A DNA stretch of 64,000 bases from Methanobacteriota archaeon (GTDB lineage: Archaea; Thermoplasmatota; Poseidoniia; Poseidoniales; Thalassarchaeaceae): contig JAPOKZ010000002.1 of NCBI GenBank assembly GCA_029977385.1, positions 15,492 to 79,491 of the forward strand, written 5' to 3'. Both the position numbers and the translations under genes were made by a program. Shown here in pieces: positions 60,001 through 64,000 of this stretch. The notes beneath the pieces were generated by a model. The model was given only the letters and a program-made list of their open reading frames with translations. It was not told where the DNA came from and did no database searches. The first letter of the stretch is position 1. Every line of letters starts with the position of its first letter.

Positions 60001-60521
60001 GCGATCCTGCGAATGACGTTGACTACACTGGTAGGTGGATCGAGTTCTCCTATGACTCCGGGGGCTCCAAAAAGGCACAACTGACCGTCTTTGATGACAG
60101 TTCTAGCCATTCTGTAACCATGGATCTAGAAGTGGCAGAGGCCTCCGAAACATTCTCTGAAGCGCTGGTCTCCAACATCGCTCCGATAATCTTCATCTTG
60201 GTCGCAGTCTCAATAGGTGCTTGGGTTTTGATCAGAAACCCGGGGCAGAGTCGCTCGGAAGAGGAAAAGAAAGCCTCAGATATCGATTTCGACGCGGCAT
60301 TCGATGAACCGGAGCCTCCCGTCGTAGACCCCAACGAGATGTTCGCACCATCCGGAGACTCGTCACTGGAAGATGCAGCAATTCTGGATGGTCTTGACGA
60401 AGTTCTCGATGAGTTAGGATTGGGAGGGGGGGATGCTTCAGAAATCCCATCGGCACCAATAATTGACGAAGCAAACAGTAACTTGGACCTCGAAGACATA
60501 GAAGCACTCTTTGAGGAGTAG
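57069..60521 (+). CDS. Large acidic surface protein with CARDB and PKD-like domains and C-terminal TM
   Basis: Signal peptide, 'VDPQEEISE...NN' CARDB, repeated 'TD.DG...N..P' PKD-like units, TM and acidic tail. Confidence 0.8.
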   Translation: MRAASIASMAVFILAFAQISHSISPDDLHFSDSNPIESKVQAMTTTGTADVPIWRVNDNWMYDGFLDVGDFVADSGVSTNVETLDGSLDRTVEDIFLMEIDGEETLVYEVESVGEYESDGVIQIDGTSGCLYVDMQTTEIIRVSDLATYSQEVTVDVYFDPLFFGCASWLRQDIGELVVENTYEPPLENYDFPISVGESWAMDYEQATDYSGSSNYVDIPDDSSDSNSTSWAVVSQGNSGVAYPGCYQSFNVTAYDSDGEETGFNWYCPAVRGEVKSTMEQAFGFLAVHELVSYQPVQRGKLVSIDVQYPLSPTDIEISAWINVTDQGQGVSGQEIQFRYESDQQFQNVTTDENGSYHIVFNTGSNPDDTDGPGELGSHGIIAWISNERIIGGRTLMIDSEIHEIDLVTRSSAVTVQRFRPSTGNQLTLDSSIGFAAISGDVLTFSVPVFNRGLIQSPNSTIVVSAPDGGEVFGTVPPLGSLQESRVSVNWTVPESQQFGNVYLFFEVDPQEEISEDGNRTNNQGSFVLYIGGLPLAFLSHSSEVQTHEIVTLDASSSYDSDGGYIECEFHIQKIDGSTFQETDEDCILEWSWPDDGTFSIEVLITDGESDAISAQSTISVVNRPPEISIGTDNDEVVVTNQITFFVTNSSDIDTLNPSAPVEILWNAGCSEGQVGQSCTLTPIVEGNLTVSVMATDDDGAITMAQHSVHVTNIAPSNPVAELYLGETRIFPDSRGVFTVLEGDEVTFWGQADDSSNDIESLKHVWKPYAEDIPELNFSSFGERSTLSGITYNTSGMHLATLQVFDDDGESTEVLIVPIQVENVAPEISPITTTLGELEEDEDFTILPQVIETGTDSERLVQCFDLDPEDDSNSDGQPGNDCDVESPFLAYSWPDSTSAPDSLIFHVTDDDGESASIEFSFSVVNTPPAAYASASVSNPTEGDSIVLSANGTVDSQADMDSLDFHWDIDITHDSDGDGDPANDVDYTGRWIEFSYDSGGSKKAQLTVFDDSSSHSVTMDLEVAEASETFSEALVSNIAPIIFILVAVSIGAWVLIRNPGQSRSEEEKKASDIDFDAAFDEPEPPVVDPNEMFAPSGDSSLEDAAILDGLDEVLDELGLGGGDASEIPSAPIIDEANSNLDLEDIEALFEE

Positions 60522-60535
60522 GCTGCGGCCGTGCT

Positions 60536-61006
60536 GTGGTCAATCTGTTCCGTCTCCTAGGACTGCCTAATCCGAACAACACTCCGAAGGCAACTCAAGG
60601 CAGTGGTCTGAGGGCCACTGAACCAGGTCCTAAGGCAGGAAATAGATTCCACGATCTAGGAGAGTCGAGATGGTCTGAGAGGACGAAGAGAATAACCGAC
60701 CGCCCCTTCAGGAAAGTAATCTACATGGAGCCCGATGGCCTTCACAGAATTCAATTAGAGGGAGTGGAGGGGAATCTATCCTCGGGAGATATGGTAATCG
60801 TGGATCTCAGTTCACTGAATCACATGCCAAGCCAGCAATCGGTATGCTCTAGGAAGACTCAGGAACTTGGAGACAGGACGAATCTACACGTATTTGCTTT
60901 GAATGAGGATGACACTCTTTTGATGATCCCAGGAGCTAAGATGAGGGTTGATACGCACAAGCACATGCTCGGATCCCCTTCGCTTGAAAGGGCTATAGAG
61001 AACTAA
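60536..61006 (+). CDS. sepF: Cell division protein SepF (archaeal type)
   Basis: Amphipathic N-terminus, 'L..GDMVIVDL..L' and '..LLMIP..MRVD' C-terminal core. Confidence 0.6.
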   Translation: MVNLFRLLGLPNPNNTPKATQGSGLRATEPGPKAGNRFHDLGESRWSERTKRITDRPFRKVIYMEPDGLHRIQLEGVEGNLSSGDMVIVDLSSLNHMPSQQSVCSRKTQELGDRTNLHVFALNEDDTLLMIPGAKMRVDTHKHMLGSPSLERAIEN

Positions 61007-61015
61007 ATACCTCTG

Positions 61016-61219
61016 CTATTCCTCTTCCAGCCATTCGTCAAGCTCGCCATTGGATACTTCCATGACTGCATGCTCTGTAAAGTCACGATAATTTTCCCAT
61101 TTCTCAATCTCTTCCTCTGAATCTTCTCTATCCTTCTTCCTCTGGATAGAGTCATTGGCGTATACCACGCATCTGCGTAGGAAGGAAGTCACCAGCGAAC
61201 GACGTTCTTCAAGGTCCAT
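61016..61219 (-). CDS. Small hypothetical protein
   Basis: Abuts bcp; 'W..Y..FTEHA..EV..GELD.WL'. Confidence 0.7.
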   Translation of the reverse strand: MDLEERRSLVTSFLRRCVVYANDSIQRKKDREDSEEEIEKWENYRDFTEHAVMEVSNGELDEWLEEE

Positions 61220-61220
61220 C

Positions 61221-61700
61221 CTATCCGACCTTCAATTCCTCAATCAGAGAATCAACATGGCCCTTGGTTTTCACGCCGTAACCAGCCCACGCTATCTTCC
61301 CATCGACACCAATTGCGAAGGTTGAGCGCAGTGTGCCCATGTATGTCTTGCCGTACATGCTCTTCTCCCTCCAAGTACCATAGGATTCGTGTAGGGCGGC
61401 ATCCTCATCTACAATCAAATCGAATGGAAGATCATGCTTGTCAATGAACTTCTGATGTGACTTCGCGCTATCCGTAGAAACCCCAATTACCTTCCATGAG
61501 CTGTCTTCAAATCTCCCGAAGTTATCCCTGAAGTCACACGCCTGGATTGTGCATCCTGGCGTATTATCCCTGGGGTAGAAGTACAGAATAACCCCTTTTC
61601 CAGTGGAAAGTATCTCCGAGAGAGAGACCTTTCCTCCATCCGTTACTTCAGCCTCGAAGTTCGGGGCTTCATCTCCAATTGCTAGTTCTACCGTTGCCAT
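61221..61700 (-). CDS. bcp: Peroxiredoxin BCP/PrxQ
   Basis: LYFYPRDNTPGCTIQACDFRD. Confidence 0.95.
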   Translation of the reverse strand: MATVELAIGDEAPNFEAEVTDGGKVSLSEILSTGKGVILYFYPRDNTPGCTIQACDFRDNFGRFEDSSWKVIGVSTDSAKSHQKFIDKHDLPFDLIVDEDAALHESYGTWREKSMYGKTYMGTLRSTFAIGVDGKIAWAGYGVKTKGHVDSLIEELKVG

Positions 61701-61737
61701 GCAAAGCCGTGTCGAACCAGACTCATGAAGGCTACCA

Positions 61738-62301
61738 TCACTCGATATAGCTCTTCAAAGATACAGATGCAGGCATCGATGGAGGCTCGCTGAATCCGAA
61801 GCAAGCGTTGGTGGTGAAACTTTCCGACCCACCAAGCTCCTGTCCATGGAAACTAGCTTCGGCAGTCAGAACCTTTGATATCGATCTAATTGAGTACCAC
61901 TCTCTTCTGTTGTTCTTAGTTCTGCCATATGTCTTTGTGCCGAAAATAAGCCTTGCAAAGAACGCTTCTATGCTTGAGATGAACCACAGTGGTCTCCAGA
62001 TGGGAATGGGGAGGGCTATCCCCCAAGAGATACTCACAGACAGGCCCCCTCCTTCGATCGATATGCCTCTACGCGTCCTTTCGACCATAATATCGGTTAT
62101 CTCCACACTTTCGAAGTTGTACAGTTCCGAGACATATTTTGCGTGCTCATCGGAAGGGGATAGAAGGATCCTGGTGCCGTCCGGTCTTGCCCACATTATG
62201 TTGGTAAAACTGCCAATTGGAGACTCTCGCCAGTCTCCAATAACTATCCTGTCGCCACTTGAGAATCCTGTAGAAGTAATCCTGCCTACGAAAATTTCCA
62301 A
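61738..62301 (-). CDS. Hypothetical protein
   Basis: 'G...GDRIVIG.W..SP.G.F...MW..PDG.R.LL.P' pattern; start near 62301-62310, after nth. Confidence 0.65.
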   Translation of the reverse strand: MEIFVGRITSTGFSSGDRIVIGDWRESPIGSFTNIMWARPDGTRILLSPSDEHAKYVSELYNFESVEITDIMVERTRRGISIEGGGLSVSISWGIALPIPIWRPLWFISSIEAFFARLIFGTKTYGRTKNNRREWYSIRSISKVLTAEASFHGQELGGSESFTTNACFGFSEPPSMPASVSLKSYIE

Positions 62302-62302
62302 A

Positions 62303-62956
62303 TCAACCACCCGTTTCTTCCCTGATCCTCTTCTTAGTGGCCGCCCAAGAGCAAATCGGGCATGATGAAAGGTCATGCCTCAAAGCCGGACAGTACTCTC
62401 TTCCGAAATATATGATTTGCAAATGTCTTCTGTTCCACGTTTCTTCTGGGAAGACCGCCTTCAAATCCCTCTCCGTCTTCACTACGTTCCTGCCGTCAGA
62501 AAGCCCCCATCTGGCTGCCAGTCTGTGTATGTGGGTATCAACTGGAAAAGCTGGAACTCCGAATGCCTGACTCATAACCACGCTTGCTGTCTTGTGCCCA
62601 ACTCCTGCCAATGATTCGAGGAATTCCCAGTCAGGCTTCACTACTCCTCCCTCTTCGAGAATCTGCTCTGCCATTCTACTGAGGTTCTTCGCTTTGGTAG
62701 GGGCAAGCCCAATTTCTCTAATTATCTGGCGAATCTCCTCGACTTCCAGGCGAGCCATCTTCTCAGGGCTACCAGCAATCTCGAACAATTTCGGAGTTAT
62801 CTCGTTCACCTTCTTGTCTGTAGACTGAGCGGAGAGCATTACTGCAACAAGAAGGGTGTAAGCGTCAACGTGATCCAATGGGATGGGGGTCTCTGGATAT
62901 TTAGAGTCCAGAATTTCCCCTATCCTAGTCGCTTTCTCCAATCGACGCAATATCAA
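62303..62956 (-). CDS. nth: Endonuclease III (HhH-GPD)
   Basis: LLVAVMLSAQSTD..VN, LAGVGHKTASVV and FPVDTHIHR. Confidence 0.93.
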   Translation of the reverse strand: MILRRLEKATRIGEILDSKYPETPIPLDHVDAYTLLVAVMLSAQSTDKKVNEITPKLFEIAGSPEKMARLEVEEIRQIIREIGLAPTKAKNLSRMAEQILEEGGVVKPDWEFLESLAGVGHKTASVVMSQAFGVPAFPVDTHIHRLAARWGLSDGRNVVKTERDLKAVFPEETWNRRHLQIIYFGREYCPALRHDLSSCPICSWAATKKRIREETGG

Positions 62957-63159
62957 GCCTCCAAATCTGGATTATCGCCATCCCTCCATCCGATCATAAC
63001 TCCCACCGCGATGCAACCGAAAAACGGTGCGTAACAGGAAAGCCAGAGGGTAGTATCCCACTCCTCGGGACTTCCACTCATTACCCACCCAATCAATGCA
63101 AGTAACACTCCGGGCACGGACGCCAGAGTCCCGAACAACATGGCCCTACCCACTCCCAT
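62953..63159 (-). CDS. Small 2-TM membrane protein
   Basis: Two hydrophobic helices; 4-nt overlap with nth. Confidence 0.65.
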   Translation of the reverse strand: MGVGRAMLFGTLASVPGVLLALIGWVMSGSPEEWDTTLWLSCYAPFFGCIAVGVMIGWRDGDNPDLEA

Positions 63160-63189
63160 AGGGCTAACAGGAAGGTTCCTGACTTGACT

Positions 63190-64000
63190 CTAACGGGGCG
63201 TCACTTTCTCAACCCATTTTGCCATTATCGCAGTCTGCGCCATCGAAAGAGCAGCAGCCCACCAAATCCACTTCGGAAGACCAAATGACCAAGTCCCAGT
63301 TTCGCTCCACCACCAGAAGTCCTGAGCCAATACAAAAACCGCTAATAATCCAGCCAAGGGGGCTATGTCCGAGCCTTTTATCTCAAATCGCCAGGAAAAA
63401 TCCTCTCCGATCTTGAAGTACTGCTGAGTCGCAACAAGTCCAACCGTCGCTGCGAATAAAGATGGAATTACGGCAGTGGGAACCGCTCCTTTGACCGGTT
63501 CCACCCACCATCCATCGAAGGACTCGGGAGAGAAAACGGCTAGAATCACGACGGCCTCTCCTGCAAGAATAGAGGTAACAACTGCCCTCCCATCAATCTC
63601 ATCGAAGTGAGCAGAAGCGAGAACTGAGGGGAACATTACGGCATACATGGAGAAGGCTAGAAGTCCGAGGTTAAGGATGGATAGATTAGACCAGACAGAT
63701 AGTATAAGCCCAAGAACGGATAGTGAGACGATTACAAACTCTCTACTCCAGTCTTCATGACTATCCTTGCCAAGCAAGTCCCTGGTCACAAGTGACCCCG
63801 TGGCTAGAAGCTGTGAATCCATTGTGGACATTAGGGCAGCAAGTCCCGCAACCAATACCAAACCTCCCAGCCATTCACCGCCCACGTCCATTATCATGGT
63901 AGGCAGAATATTGTCCGAACCTGCTGTATCCAAGTCCGGGTAACTCAGATGGCCAATTGTCCCAATCAAAATCGGGGGTACGAAAGCCAACCATGCCACT
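63190..64000 (-). CDS. Sodium:solute symporter family protein (5'-truncated) with C-terminal DUF3311-like segment
   Basis: 'LAALMSTMDSQLL..GS..TRDL' SSS motif; tail 'QDFWWW......FGLP.W.W'. Confidence 0.8.
   Translation of the reverse strand, partial: VAWLAFVPPILIGTIGHLSYPDLDTAGSDNILPTMIMDVGGEWLGGLVLVAGLAALMSTMDSQLLATGSLVTRDLLGKDSHEDWSREFVIVSLSVLGLILSVWSNLSILNLGLLAFSMYAVMFPSVLASAHFDEIDGRAVVTSILAGEAVVILAVFSPESFDGWWVEPVKGAVPTAVIPSLFAATVGLVATQQYFKIGEDFSWRFEIKGSDIAPLAGLLAVFVLAQDFWWWSETGTWSFGLPKWIWWAAALSMAQTAIMAKWVEKVTPR

Noticed and set aside
61592..61610. ORB-like sequence (minus strand CTTTCCACTGGAAAAGGGG)
   Set aside because: Single copy inside the bcp coding region (LSTGKG), with no AT-rich element or cdc6 nearby; most likely chance

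Overview
This is a gene-dense archaeal chromosome segment. TBP, archaeal-type aroA'/aroB'/aroK, RibL, RibB, mevalonate kinase, SepF, S8 lipoproteins and PKD surface proteins are most consistent with a Marine Group II (Ca. Poseidoniales, Thermoplasmatota) euryarchaeote; the taxonomy is inference. About 60 CDS are present: an ABC transporter, a partial shikimate operon, a DUF4350-MoxR-DUF58 operon, a three-subunit 4-hydroxybenzoyl-CoA-reductase-like molybdoenzyme with XdhC/MocA/MoeZ maturation genes, a fused E1 2-oxoacid dehydrogenase, a riboflavin operon, a K+-dependent membrane pyrophosphatase, a copper-efflux operon, IleS/CysS and DNA repair genes. I saw no rRNA, tRNA, CRISPR array or transposase. 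The most notable items are: (1) a 1303-aa subtilase fused to an AmpG-like MFS transporter; (2) the HcrCAB-like cluster with a shared upstream CAAAGGATG motif; (3) a Cys-rich mini-protein heading the cop operon, with a perfect palindrome around its TATA box; (4) a TBP with a 53-aa acidic insertion, alongside recurring non-canonical YTCAAA TATA-position motifs; (5) a ~19% GC intergenic element with iterated ACCAC repeats upstream of a Zn-ribbon-E1 fusion. All calls come from motif recognition by eye; no database searches were run.
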